DNA of 64,000 nucleotides from an uncultured Erysipelotrichaceae bacterium. GTDB lineage: Bacteria; Bacillota_I; Bacilli_A; RF39; UBA660. Below, in pieces: positions 45,159-56,416 of this stretch. Numbering within the stretch: position 1 is the first letter of the stretch; the number at the start of each line of letters is the position of its first letter. The notes beneath the pieces are model-generated. The model was not told where the DNA came from and did no database searches. It saw only the letters and a program-made list of their open reading frames with translations. The position numbers and the translations under genes were made by a program. The stretch covers positions 1,453 to 65,452 of the forward strand of contig CACYFN010000002.1 of NCBI GenBank assembly GCA_902773675.1. Direction: 5' to 3'.

Positions 45159-46421
45159 TTATGAGTCTTTTTTGTTTCTTTTTGAATAATAAAAGGTATA
45201 TCCTATTATTAATCCACCTAATATAATAATTATTATACTTACTATTATTATTGTCCAAGATAGATAGTTTAATGTATTTGCTACTGTAACATTTTCTTCT
45301 TTAGTATCTGTTTTATCTGCATCTTCATTATTAATTATTTCTTCTTCATTATCAATTATTTCATCACTATTTTCTTTACCAGGAAATAATGAATAACTAT
45401 TATCTACAGTTCCATCACCATAATATATATTTACATTAGATTTTAAATATACTACTGGTCGAATAATAAATGTATTTGTTACTTTTCCATTATTAAAGAA
45501 TCCTGTTCCATCAATAGCTACAGCATGATTTGCATGTCTTGCAAATGGAGAAATTAGCCATGTATTATGTGTTTCAGAACCAGTTTCTGCTATTATACTA
45601 TTATAAATCCAACTTGTTGTTACATCTTCATTTTCAATTCTACATCCATTTGGATTATTATAACAAGATTCGTTAACTCCTTTTCCATATACCAAATATC
45701 CATCACTAGGATACATTAATCCAACATTTCCAGTAGATGATGTTGAAAAATTATTTGAATGATAATTAGTTGTACCACGTTCCCAATTATATAAATCTTC
45801 AGCATTTTGATTAGCTAAATTATCGTTTGCACTTCCTCCTAGATAGAATACTACATTATCTATCATATTTCTAGCTGATTCTTTTAATCCATAGTTTATA
45901 GCATCTCCTGTTTGATTATAATAATCTCCATTTAAGAATGTATTTAAACTTGAATTTTCCCAATCATTTTTACTATTACTATCTTCACTATTATTCCAAG
46001 CCATTTTACTTTCTAAGCCATTGTCTTTAACTATTTTTATTCTTTCTTCAATATTTCCAGTTCCATCATCAATACTGAATATACCTAGTATTCTCCAAGT
46101 TTCACAGTTAGTTCCATCGCTATCACAATTAAATTTAATGTAATTATTTGGATTACTACCTATATATCTATAGTCAGTTTGAGCAGGTGTTTGGATTGTT
46201 GCGTCATGATTAAATGTGTACATTTCTCCTTTATTACCTGTTTCATATGTTGTTATACTTTCATCATTCATTTTTGATTTTATTAATTCTATGGCATTTT
46301 GTGCTTCATTGCCATTATTATATAATTTATTTTTTAGACTGATTCTTGTTGGTGCTTCTTTTGATATTAATGTTATTACTAAAATTAAAATGGAACATAT
46401 TATTAATACTTTTTTCTTCAT
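45159..46421 (-). CDS. surface protein with an N-terminal signal/anchor and a C-terminal TM anchor
   Basis: Ends in a ...FIIRPVVYLKSNV module that is shared with the proteins at 52343 and 54263. Confidence 0.5.
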   Translation of the reverse strand: MKKKVLIICSILILVITLISKEAPTRISLKNKLYNNGNEAQNAIELIKSKMNDESITTYETGNKGEMYTFNHDATIQTPAQTDYRYIGSNPNNYIKFNCDSDGTNCETWRILGIFSIDDGTGNIEERIKIVKDNGLESKMAWNNSEDSNSKNDWENSSLNTFLNGDYYNQTGDAINYGLKESARNMIDNVVFYLGGSANDNLANQNAEDLYNWERGTTNYHSNNFSTSSTGNVGLMYPSDGYLVYGKGVNESCYNNPNGCRIENEDVTTSWIYNSIIAETGSETHNTWLISPFARHANHAVAIDGTGFFNNGKVTNTFIIRPVVYLKSNVNIYYGDGTVDNSYSLFPGKENSDEIIDNEEEIINNEDADKTDTKEENVTVANTLNYLSWTIIIVSIIIIILGGLIIGYTFYYSKRNKKDS

Positions 46422-46488
46422 AATAAACCTCTCCTATCTTTATTATAATTATATCAAAAAAAGGTATAAAGTACAATAAAAAAAGAAA

Positions 46489-46839
46489 TTATTCTTCAAT
46501 TTCTTTTTCGTGAATTTCTTTTATTTTATCTTCAATTAATTTTCCATAAGCTATTGATTCATCGTAAATAAATTCTAATTCTGGCATATGTCTTATATCT
46601 ATTCTTTCACATAGCTTACTTCTTATAAATCCACTTGCTTGTTTTAGTGCTTTTAATGTTTCTATTTTTTTTGTATCATCTAATACTGTAAAATATACTT
46701 TAGCAAAGCTTAGATCATTTGTTACTTTTACATCGGTTATTGTTACAAATTTAATATGTTGATCTTTTACTTCAGTTTCTAATATATAACTTATTTCTCT
46801 AATCATACTATGATTAATTCTATCTATTTTAATACTCAT
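46489..46839 (-). CDS. rbfA: ribosome-binding factor A
   Basis: RbfA-like 116 aa. It is not part of a nusA-infB operon here. Confidence 0.75.
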   Translation of the reverse strand: MSIKIDRINHSMIREISYILETEVKDQHIKFVTITDVKVTNDLSFAKVYFTVLDDTKKIETLKALKQASGFIRSKLCERIDIRHMPELEFIYDESIAYGKLIEDKIKEIHEKEIEE

Positions 46840-46894
46840 ATAATGCCTTCTTTCTAAATATTATTATACATAAATTTTATTAATTAGTAAATAC

Positions 46895-47578
46895 TCACAT
46901 ATTCCCATTTTCGAGAAAACTATAATAATTATTTTTTCCTATTATGACATGATCTATTACTTTTATTCCTAATAAGTTACCTGCTTCAATTAGTTTTTTG
47001 GTTAATTCAAGGTCTGGTTTGCTTGGTAATGTATTACCTGTTGGATGATTATGTATACAAATGATACTGGATGCACTTAAAAGGTAAGCATTTTTAAATA
47101 CTTCTCGAGGATGGACTACACTATAGTTTAGAGTTCCTATAAAGAGTAATTTATCTTTTATTACTCTTTTTTTGTTATCTAGATATACACAATAAAAATA
47201 TTCTTGTTGTTTATCTCCTAGTATATCTTTATAATACTCATATACTTTGCTTGTTTTATTTAAAATTATATTATTTATACTGGTTATTTCTCTATTTATT
47301 CTTTTTCCTAGTTCTATACTAGCAAGTAATTCACATGCTTTAGCTGGTCCTATTCCTTTGATGCTTTTTAATTTTTCATAGTTAATATTATTTAAATGTT
47401 TGATACCATCTAATTCTTTTATTAAGATATTAGCAAGTTCTTTGGCAGAGTTATCTTTATTTCCTGTTTTTAATAATATGGCAATTAATTCTTCATTACT
47501 TAATGATTCTACTCCATTATTTATAAGTCTTTCTCTTGGTCGATCTTGAGTTTCTATATCTTTAATTCTTACTTTCAT
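46895..47578 (-). CDS. radC: RadC-like JAB domain protein
   Basis: HNHPTGNTLPSKPD, a JAMM motif. Confidence 0.8.
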   Translation of the reverse strand: MKVRIKDIETQDRPRERLINNGVESLSNEELIAILLKTGNKDNSAKELANILIKELDGIKHLNNINYEKLKSIKGIGPAKACELLASIELGKRINREITSINNIILNKTSKVYEYYKDILGDKQQEYFYCVYLDNKKRVIKDKLLFIGTLNYSVVHPREVFKNAYLLSASSIICIHNHPTGNTLPSKPDLELTKKLIEAGNLLGIKVIDHVIIGKNNYYSFLENGNM

Positions 47579-48026
47579 TTATCACCACTTCCTCATATGA
47601 TGTTAGACCTTCACTAACTACTTCGCCTATTACAACATTATCATTTGTTTGTAATAAAACTGTATCATTATTCTCAATGGCATTTATAAATTTATCATTT
47701 GTTATATTGAATTCTTTTATATTGGTATTATATCCTAAATTTTTAAAGTAATTGTTTATTTTATCTAATACTTCTTTATTTTTGGTTATTCCTATGTATA
47801 CATGATATTTATTATGGTTTATTTCATAAATATAGTTTTCTAGGTTAATGGTATTATCTTCCATTTCTTTATAGTCATTAAATACTCCATATTCAATAAA
47901 ATATAATGATGTACCTTCTTTGTATACAGTAATACCTTTATAATCATCATATTGTTTTAATAAAAAATTAGATAATAAAAAACCAATTAATAAGGATATA
48001 AATATTATTAATAAATACTTTTTCAT
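47562..48026 (-). CDS. hypothetical membrane-anchored protein
   Basis: One N-terminal TM segment and no recognisable domain. Confidence 0.4.
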   Translation of the reverse strand: MKKYLLIIFISLLIGFLLSNFLLKQYDDYKGITVYKEGTSLYFIEYGVFNDYKEMEDNTINLENYIYEINHNKYHVYIGITKNKEVLDKINNYFKNLGYNTNIKEFNITNDKFINAIENNDTVLLQTNDNVVIGEVVSEGLTSYEEVVINESKN

Positions 48027-48074
48027 ATTATCACCAATTTGATTATATCTTATTAGTTAGTTTTTTTTTGTCGA

Positions 48075-50315
48075 TTAATCTTCTTTATTTAGTTTTACAA
48101 GTACTTCTCTTGGCTTTGAACCATTGGATGGTCCTACAATTCCTCTTTCTTCAAGTAAATCTATGGCACGGGCTGCTCTATTATATCCAAGACGGAATCT
48201 TCTTTGTAGAAGGGATGCACTGGCTTTTCCTTGAGTTACTACAAATTCTACTATTTCATTATATAATGGTTCTTCATAGTCATCTTCTTTTTCAACCATA
48301 GTTGTTGCGTGTTCTTCTTCTTCATCCATGGTAAGTGAATTATCATAATGAGCTTTTTGTTGATTACATACATATTCGACAATGGCTTTTGTTTCATCTT
48401 CGGATATAAATGTTCCTTGAATTCTTATTGGAACGTTTTCTCCTTGTGGAAGATATAACATATCACCTTTTCCAAGAAGTTTTTCAGCACCAACCATATC
48501 AAGAATAGTACGTGAATCAATTCCACTTGATACGGCAAATGATATACGTGATGGAATATTGGCTTTTACAACACCAGTAATAACATCTGTTGATGGTCTT
48601 TGGGTTGCTACTATCAAATGGATTCCAGCTGCTCTAGCCATTTGGGTAATACGCATGATTGAATCTTCTACTTCTTTAGCTGCTACTAGCATTAAGTCTG
48701 CAAGTTCATCTATTATTACTACTATATATGGCATTTTTTTCATTTTTTCTGAATCTTGAAGTTTTTCATTTTGTTTTTCAATATAATTATTATAACTTAT
48801 TATATTTTTAGTTTTACTTTCTTCAAAGACATCATATCTTCTTTCCATTTCGGATACTATTTTTTTAAGAACAATATTGGCTTTTTTAGGATCTGTTACT
48901 ACTGGAACCATTAAGTGTGGTACTCCATTATATATGGATAATTCTACTTTTTTAGGGTCTACTAGCACTAGTTTTACTTCATCTGGTTTAGCACGCATCA
49001 ATATTGAAGCTAAAATACTATTTACGCATACTGATTTACCTGAACCAGTTGATCCGGCTACTAATAGATGGGGAGTTTTATTTATTTCCATCCATCTTGG
49101 TTCACCCATTATATCTCTACCTAGTACTGATAATAATTTACTATCTCTTAGTGTTTGTGGTACGCTAGTTAATACTTCTCTAACGTTTACCATTGATATT
49201 GATTTATTAGGTAGTTCTATTCCAATTGTATTTTTTCCGGGAATAGGTGCTTGTATACGAACATCTTTGGCTGCTAGAGCTAGAGCTATTTCTCTATTTA
49301 AACTTAGTATTTTATTTACTTTGGTACCGGCTTTTATTTCAAGTTCATATTGAGTTACTGCTGGTCCGACATGGGCAGCTACTACTTTACCTTCGATACC
49401 AAAATCTCTTAGTACTTGAGTTAATATTGGTACATTATATTTAATAGCTTCTTGATTATCTTTACCACTTGTTTTTGATGGTTTATTTAATAATGTTATT
49501 GGTGGATAAGTATAATTAACATTTTCTTTGGTATCATTATCGTTAGAAATACTTTGAGTATTTTCTACTTTTTCTTCTACTACTTCATGATGTTCATTAT
49601 TTTTAAGTTCATTAATATTAGAAATAACGATATGATTATCATTTTCATCATTTACATCTGTTGTAACTATTTCATCTTCTATGCTTTTATCTTTATGATG
49701 ATGTAGTTTTGTTCCAACTTTTTTAACTCCACTACCTGCTTTTTTAAGAATATCATAGATAGATATACCGGTAAACATAATAAATCCACATATGATAAGA
49801 GTAATAGCTACTACTACCATTCCATCTAGGGTTAGAAGTCCAACAAAAAGGGATGAAAAAACTGCTCCGATTATTCCTCCACCTTGTATTGGAGCACTTT
49901 TGGTAGCAAAGGCAAGTACATTATTTACTGTTTCTACTACAACTGTTTGTCCATTTTCAATTATTTTAAAGTTATTAACATCTAATGTATCACTAGATAA
50001 GTTTTTTATATATCCTGAATGTGATAACATTAAAACTGCAATGATTATTATATATAATCCTATTAGTTTAACTGTAAAGAAATTAGGAAATTTTCTTCTT
50101 ATTATCATAAATATTCCGGCAAGTCCAACTAGAACTAATAATACTGCCCACCAAGTTCCTACTAGAAAGGCAGCAAATCCTTTAATAACATCTGATACTG
50201 GTTTAAATGGACAACATCCGATGATTGCAATTAACAATAATAATATTCCTTTTATTTCAACTAAATAATCTTTATTTTTAGTAACTGTTTCTTTTCTTTT
50301 TTTCTTCTTTGCCAT
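48075..50315 (-). CDS. ftsK: DNA translocase FtsK/SpoIIIE
   Basis: N-terminal TM segments, Walker A GSTGSGKS and a C-terminal winged-helix gamma domain. The SD is AAGGAGG. Confidence 0.9.
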   Translation of the reverse strand: MAKKKKRKETVTKNKDYLVEIKGILLLLIAIIGCCPFKPVSDVIKGFAAFLVGTWWAVLLVLVGLAGIFMIIRRKFPNFFTVKLIGLYIIIIAVLMLSHSGYIKNLSSDTLDVNNFKIIENGQTVVVETVNNVLAFATKSAPIQGGGIIGAVFSSLFVGLLTLDGMVVVAITLIICGFIMFTGISIYDILKKAGSGVKKVGTKLHHHKDKSIEDEIVTTDVNDENDNHIVISNINELKNNEHHEVVEEKVENTQSISNDNDTKENVNYTYPPITLLNKPSKTSGKDNQEAIKYNVPILTQVLRDFGIEGKVVAAHVGPAVTQYELEIKAGTKVNKILSLNREIALALAAKDVRIQAPIPGKNTIGIELPNKSISMVNVREVLTSVPQTLRDSKLLSVLGRDIMGEPRWMEINKTPHLLVAGSTGSGKSVCVNSILASILMRAKPDEVKLVLVDPKKVELSIYNGVPHLMVPVVTDPKKANIVLKKIVSEMERRYDVFEESKTKNIISYNNYIEKQNEKLQDSEKMKKMPYIVVIIDELADLMLVAAKEVEDSIMRITQMARAAGIHLIVATQRPSTDVITGVVKANIPSRISFAVSSGIDSRTILDMVGAEKLLGKGDMLYLPQGENVPIRIQGTFISEDETKAIVEYVCNQQKAHYDNSLTMDEEEEHATTMVEKEDDYEEPLYNEIVEFVVTQGKASASLLQRRFRLGYNRAARAIDLLEERGIVGPSNGSKPREVLVKLNKED

Positions 50316-50800
50316 GAATTAACCTCCTTATTACAACTAATAACATTATATCACAGATTAACACTTTTTAGCATATTTTTTATTGTTATTAATAATAATT
50401 ACAATTATAAATTCATAATGGTTTTAGTGTATAATTCTATTACTTTTTTTATTGAATCAGTTAGAATATTTTCTTTTTTACATTATGTATCATATATATT
50501 AGATAATTACTTTGATATCTTCTAAAATATAAACTATATCATCACTTTTTATTAACACATCTAATGTTCTAATTCTTAAAAATACTCTATCAGCTACTAA
50601 TTCTCTATTTCTAACATTTAAATTATTAATATTATAATTTAAATTTAGAGACTTGAATGTTCTATTTATTAACCATTTAAGTAATTTGTCATCTTTAAAG
50701 AAGATACTTTAAAATACTATATTATTAGCTAATGTTTTAATCTTATTATCTTTCATTTATTTCACCCTCATTCTAAGAAAGTAGCTTGTCCTACACTACC

Positions 50801-50848
50801 CTCTATATATATTATTCGACAAAACTTTTTAATTTCCTTTTTTTTTCG
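50801..50848 (-). promoter_or_regulatory. copy 2 (orphan) of the conserved promoter/leader module
   Basis: ctctatatatattattcgacaaaactttttaatttcctttttttttcg. On the minus strand it is followed by the SD GAGGGTG and a 15-codon mini-ORF at 50709-50756. Confidence 0.4.
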
Positions 50849-50937
50849 TTAAAAAATATAAAAATTTACAAAAAGGACAAATTATTTGTTGTAAATAATA
50901 TTTATTTTAATTGAATTTTATATTATAATATTAATAG

Positions 50938-52305
50938 GTGGTAGAAATGAGTAATAAAAGAAAAAAAATGATAATGATTGTAATAATACTTTCGGTATTT
51001 TGTTTTATGTATATTTTAAATAGTAAAACAATGATAGTATCAGATGATTTTCCATATCATTTTGTTTTTTCCAGAGAGCCTAATGCAAATACTAAGTTTA
51101 TTACTAATCCAATTGAAATATTTGGATCTATGGGTACACATTGGATTACTTGGGGTGGACGAGTTTCGGTACATTTTTTACTGCAATTGTCTTTTATGTT
51201 AGGTATTAATTTTTTTAATATTGTTAATTCTATTATGTTTGTACTTTTAGGTATACTTATTTATAAACATATAAATAACACAAAGGAAATTAAATTATCA
51301 TGGTTAGTTACTATTTATGCGGTTATATTTTTATTTGTTCCACAACCAGCTTCTACTATTATGTGGAAAAGTGGTAGTGCGAATTATTTATGGTCTTCTG
51401 TTTTAATTTTATGTATGACTTTAATATTTAAAAAACATTTTGATAATAAGAAATGTATTAAAGATAATTATTTAAATATGTTTTTATTATTTCCTTTTGG
51501 ATTAATAATTGGATGTTCTAATGAAAATACTGGTTGTGCATTAATTTTAGCTGAAATATTATTTATTATTGCTTATAAGGTTAATTATAAAAAGATTCCT
51601 AAGTGGGCAATTAGTGCATTAATTGGTACTATTTTTGGATATATTTTCTTGGTATCTTCTCCTGGTAATTATAAGAGAACTGATATAATGTATCCTAATG
51701 TTCAATATGGAATATCTAATATATTTGATTATATTTTAAAAATTACAAGACTTACTTATAGTTATTTAAAGGAAATTATTATTAGTGTTATTGTTACGAG
51801 TATTATTATTTATAAGGAGAAATATGATTTAAAAAAAGCTATTAGTAATCATACTATTCAGATAATATTTTTAATTCTTGCTTTAGCTAGTATATATTCA
51901 TTAATTATTTCTCCTGCTTACCCTGAGAGATGTTGGATGTTTTCATTTGTTTACTTTACTATTGTAATTGGTATTAATATTAGTAAGATGAAATTTAAAT
52001 CCGATACTATTAGTAGAATTATGATGACTTTAATGATAATATTATCTATTAAGGCTATAAGTGAATATTCAAGTGCATATTATTTTATAAGTGAGACTTA
52101 TGATGAAGTAAATGCTCAAATAGTTGAAATTAATAGACAAAAAGATAAAGGTATTAAAGATATTAAGATACATAGTATTTCGCAACCTGAAGGTAAATAT
52201 AATGCATTTAAGGATAATGGATATATAAATTCAGATCCAGAAAATTGGATTAATGTTTGGGCTGCAGAGTATTATGGTGTTGATACGATTGAAGCTATTG
52301 ATTAA
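50938..52305 (+). CDS. polytopic membrane protein, possibly a GT-C-type glycosyltransferase
   Basis: About 12 predicted TM helices with an early extracytoplasmic SDDFPYHF (D-D/E-like) loop. Confidence 0.4.
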   Translation: MVEMSNKRKKMIMIVIILSVFCFMYILNSKTMIVSDDFPYHFVFSREPNANTKFITNPIEIFGSMGTHWITWGGRVSVHFLLQLSFMLGINFFNIVNSIMFVLLGILIYKHINNTKEIKLSWLVTIYAVIFLFVPQPASTIMWKSGSANYLWSSVLILCMTLIFKKHFDNKKCIKDNYLNMFLLFPFGLIIGCSNENTGCALILAEILFIIAYKVNYKKIPKWAISALIGTIFGYIFLVSSPGNYKRTDIMYPNVQYGISNIFDYILKITRLTYSYLKEIIISVIVTSIIIYKEKYDLKKAISNHTIQIIFLILALASIYSLIISPAYPERCWMFSFVYFTIVIGINISKMKFKSDTISRIMMTLMIILSIKAISEYSSAYYFISETYDEVNAQIVEINRQKDKGIKDIKIHSISQPEGKYNAFKDNGYINSDPENWINVWAAEYYGVDTIEAID

Positions 52306-52342
52306 TAATTATCAATAGTTTTTTTATGCAAAAAAAGAAGAA

Positions 52343-54241
52343 TTATTTCTTCTTCATTTTCTTAAATATTATTGCAGATAATATTACTTGAGCAAATATA
52401 AATAAATTTATTAATATTAATCCTATTAAAATATATTTAATTAATCCATCATCTAATCCATCTTCTCCATAGTCATTATAATAATTATTGATATTTCCAT
52501 TATTATCTATACTATTATTTTCTTTTTCTTCTTCAATTTCGTCTTTTGTTGTTTCTGGATTATTTGATTGCTCATTTGTAAGAGTCTTTTGTTTTTCATT
52601 GGATTCTTTTATTATATTATTGGTTGATTCTTCATCTAATTTTTCTACATTATCTAATTTTAATGTAATTACTGGTCTTATGCCAGCTGTAAATGATAAT
52701 TCTCCTACTCCATTATATCCTGATAGGAAAAAATTATTTCCATTATTTTGACCTGGTGCGATATAAAGAGATACCCAGTTCTTTTCTATTTCAGCATTAT
52801 CGAGATTATAGAACATTATTCCTACATTGAAATATCCATTACCATTATATGGTGATGATGTATCTTCTACAGATTTTTTATTAAATTGCCTTTTGGAATT
52901 AATCCAATATTTAGCATTTACTTTATCATTTATTTTATTTAGATTAGCTAAATCAGAATATACAACTGCTCTAGCATTTATTACTTTATCTCCATTTTTA
53001 TAATTATCTACTTCTTTTTGAAGAATATCTTCATAATTTTCATAATCATCTTTTCCTCTAAGGTAAAGATTTTTTACTATTCCACCACTAATTATATCTA
53101 CTGTATTATTTGCTTTATCTATTGATAATACACGCCAATTTTTATATTCTTGTGCACTATAATTTACATAGTCTCCTACACTTAAATCAGTATTTGCTTC
53201 TTTTTTGTTAGTTTCTTGTGGTGTTAGTTTAAGGGTAACTACTGGCCTAAATCCTTTTGTTACTGGTTGGTATTGACTATATGTTTCAGAATAGCAACAC
53301 TCTAAATAGTTTCTTTCTACTACATACTTTTCAATTTCATAGTATCTTGATTTATATCCTTCTCCAGAACTATCTCCAAACCATCCTCTTAATATTTTAT
53401 ATGGGTTACTTTTGGATGCATAATAATTTTTTATTTTAGTAATATAATTTATTCTATCATTTCCATATCTTTGAAGAACATGTCCAGTTTCCCAAACATT
53501 ACTGTCTGACTGACGATAATCATTAAAAATTGCATCAATATATCCATATGGATCATTTAACATTTGCTCATTACCTAATACATCTATTGCAATTGGGTCT
53601 TTAGGCATTAACCATAAAGAATCTCCCCATACTTCTATTATAAACCATTCACTAATACCACCAATATCTTTGGTATATATATCTCCTTGTTCATAACCAG
53701 ATGTGTTATCTAAATGATATTGTATATATGGTAAAAAATATAGATCATTTGAAAAATCAGATGGATCTACATATTCAATTTTTCCTGCTGAATATGCAAT
53801 ACTCTTATCATATTTGTCTGCTGTCCAAAATTCTTTACCAAATGCAAAATTCTCCAAATCAGAACGATTTACGCTTCTTGCTTTAATAGCATATTTCCCA
53901 TCAACATATTTATCTGCTTCAGTTTGAAATATATCTAATGCATTATCAAAATCATCTTTATCTGATATAGTTATTTCGGATACATTATCTTTACTTACAA
54001 CGTCTATTGTTCCATTTACTTTATCTATATAGATAACTTTCCAATCTGAATATCCATTTATTTCATATTTTATTGAATCACCAATTTTAATTTTTTTTAT
54101 ATTTGTATTTAAATCATTTATGTTGTAGACACTACCCATTAATCTATTAGGATTTACTGATATTCCAACTAATACAATTATTAATATAACCATAAAAATA
54201 CTTGTAATTAGTACTTTTATTGCATTACTTTTTTTATTCAT
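52343..54241 (-). CDS. large two-anchor surface protein with two tandem ~200-aa repeats
   Basis: Each repeat runs from ...GDSIKYEINGYSDWKVIYIDKVNGTIDVVSK... to ...GFRPVVTLKL. It is a paralog of the 54263 and 45159 proteins. Confidence 0.5.
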   Translation of the reverse strand: MNKKSNAIKVLITSIFMVILIIVLVGISVNPNRLMGSVYNINDLNTNIKKIKIGDSIKYEINGYSDWKVIYIDKVNGTIDVVSKDNVSEITISDKDDFDNALDIFQTEADKYVDGKYAIKARSVNRSDLENFAFGKEFWTADKYDKSIAYSAGKIEYVDPSDFSNDLYFLPYIQYHLDNTSGYEQGDIYTKDIGGISEWFIIEVWGDSLWLMPKDPIAIDVLGNEQMLNDPYGYIDAIFNDYRQSDSNVWETGHVLQRYGNDRINYITKIKNYYASKSNPYKILRGWFGDSSGEGYKSRYYEIEKYVVERNYLECCYSETYSQYQPVTKGFRPVVTLKLTPQETNKKEANTDLSVGDYVNYSAQEYKNWRVLSIDKANNTVDIISGGIVKNLYLRGKDDYENYEDILQKEVDNYKNGDKVINARAVVYSDLANLNKINDKVNAKYWINSKRQFNKKSVEDTSSPYNGNGYFNVGIMFYNLDNAEIEKNWVSLYIAPGQNNGNNFFLSGYNGVGELSFTAGIRPVITLKLDNVEKLDEESTNNIIKESNEKQKTLTNEQSNNPETTKDEIEEEKENNSIDNNGNINNYYNDYGEDGLDDGLIKYILIGLILINLFIFAQVILSAIIFKKMKKK

Positions 54242-54262
54242 TCTTAAACCTCCTTCTAATAA

Positions 54263-56263
54263 TTACTTTTTCTTTTTATTTTTTATATTTTTAATAATAA
54301 GTACAGAAAATATTGTTTGAATTAGTAACGCTATATTTAATATTACTATAGTAATTATTATATATTTTACTATTTTATTATTATTATTTTTCTTTTTATG
54401 GTTATTATAATAATTATTTACTTCATTATTATCTTTAGTATCTATTTTATTATCTTCTGTATTTTTATCATCTTTAGTTATATCATTTTTTGTATTATTT
54501 TTTTCATTATTCTTTTTAGTATCATCTGTTATATATTTAGTACTATTATTCTTTTGTTCTTTTGTAATATTATTATTATTTTTATTTGATGATTCAATAG
54601 CATTTTGTGTTTCTTCTTCATTTAATTTTTTAACATTATCTAGTTTTAATGATATTACTGGTCTAATTCCAGCTGTAAATGATAAATCTCCAAATCCATT
54701 GTAACCTGTTAACATAGAACTTGATCCACTTGTTAGGCTTGTTGAAACATATAATGAAACCCATTTTCTTTCTACTGAATTTGTGTCATAGTCAAAATAT
54801 AAAATTGCGGCATCATAGAATCCATTAGTAGCATAAGGAGATGATGTTTCATCTACTGCTTTTTTGTTATATTGTTTTTTTTCTAATGACCAATATTTTA
54901 CATTTACATCATCATTAATTTTATTTAATTTTTTAATATCACTATATTCAGTTATTCTGGCACTTATAGCATTATCACCATTTTTATATTCATCTACTTC
55001 TTTTTGTAAAATATCTTCATAGTTTTCAAAATCATCTAATCCATAAAGGCTTATATTTTTAACTATTCCACCACTAATTATATCGACTGTTTCATTTTCT
55101 TCATCTATTGATAATACTTTCCAGTTATAATATTCTTTAGCACTATAGTTTACATTATCTCCAACTTGTAAATCTGTTCCAATACTTTTACCATCTGCAA
55201 TTTTTGAACTATATTTTAGAGTAACAATTGGTCTAAAGCCTTTGGTAATTGGTTTTTCTGTTATATATGATTCATTTTCACAACATTCATCACTATTTTG
55301 GTCAAGGTGAATTGTTGCAACAGATCCTGTTATTTCGTCATAAGTATAATTTTGATGTAATTCAAAGTATCCTGTAAAAGTTTTTAGATCATTTCCTTCT
55401 TGAATAAAGTAATTATTTATATTTTGATTGTCTCTTATAACCCAGAATCCATATTTATCTTGAAGGTTACCTACTTCTACTACTTTATTATTGGAATTTT
55501 GTAATCTTTCTAGATATTCTGCAATATATTTTGTTGGATTATTTCTAAATTGTTCATTTTTTTCAAATGACAATTTAATTGGTTCTTTTGATATTAGTGC
55601 TAATTTATCATATGAAGGAGCATTGATAACAAACCAATCTGTAACTCCATCAATATCTATTGTATAGTCTGATCCATAAGCATACGAATAGGCATTTTCT
55701 ATATCATTTATGATGACATATGGGATGTAATAGTATTCATGGGGTTTATTTTCAAATTCTGTATATTTAACTGCTCCGGTTGTAAATGCTACTGCTCCAT
55801 CATAAATATCAGCATTCCAGAATTCTTCATCAAATGCAAAGTTATCTAAATCAGCTCTTGATACACTACGTGCTTTTATTGCATATTTTTCATCTACATA
55901 TTTATTGGCTGTTTCTTGAAATTTATTTAGGGCATTGTCATAATCATCTTTAGTTAGTAAGGTTATATCTTCAACATTGGTTTTACTAACAACATCAATT
56001 GTATTACTATTTCTATCAATGTATACTACTTGCCAATCAGAATATCCATTTATTTCATAATTAATAGTATCTCCTACTTTTAATATATTATTATTACTTT
56101 CTAATTCTGTTGCTTTATAAGTACTACCTAAAAGTTTATCTGGTTTAAGCTTTGTTCCTAGCAATATAACAAATACAAAGATTAAACTTAATCCTATTAT
56201 TAAAACATATTTTTTAGGTGTTTTTATATTATTAGATTTTTTAACATTTTTTTTATTATTCAT
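54263..56263 (-). CDS. large two-anchor surface protein, paralog of the 52343 protein
   Basis: Same repeat architecture: ...GDTINYEINGYSDWQVVYIDRNSNTIDVVSK... ending in GFRPIVTLKY and AGIRPVISLKLD. Confidence 0.5.
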   Translation of the reverse strand: MNNKKNVKKSNNIKTPKKYVLIIGLSLIFVFVILLGTKLKPDKLLGSTYKATELESNNNILKVGDTINYEINGYSDWQVVYIDRNSNTIDVVSKTNVEDITLLTKDDYDNALNKFQETANKYVDEKYAIKARSVSRADLDNFAFDEEFWNADIYDGAVAFTTGAVKYTEFENKPHEYYYIPYVIINDIENAYSYAYGSDYTIDIDGVTDWFVINAPSYDKLALISKEPIKLSFEKNEQFRNNPTKYIAEYLERLQNSNNKVVEVGNLQDKYGFWVIRDNQNINNYFIQEGNDLKTFTGYFELHQNYTYDEITGSVATIHLDQNSDECCENESYITEKPITKGFRPIVTLKYSSKIADGKSIGTDLQVGDNVNYSAKEYYNWKVLSIDEENETVDIISGGIVKNISLYGLDDFENYEDILQKEVDEYKNGDNAISARITEYSDIKKLNKINDDVNVKYWSLEKKQYNKKAVDETSSPYATNGFYDAAILYFDYDTNSVERKWVSLYVSTSLTSGSSSMLTGYNGFGDLSFTAGIRPVISLKLDNVKKLNEEETQNAIESSNKNNNNITKEQKNNSTKYITDDTKKNNEKNNTKNDITKDDKNTEDNKIDTKDNNEVNNYYNNHKKKNNNNKIVKYIIITIVILNIALLIQTIFSVLIIKNIKNKKKK

Positions 56264-56416
56264 TTCATCCCACTCCTATTTTAATAATTTTATATTTTAT
56301 TATAACATTATAATGAGTATTTATCAATGATTAATATTCTTTTGTTTTTATTTTTCGTTTATTTAAATAGATTTTTTATTCACTTATTAATAATATAATT
56401 CCCCAAAAAAAGAAGA

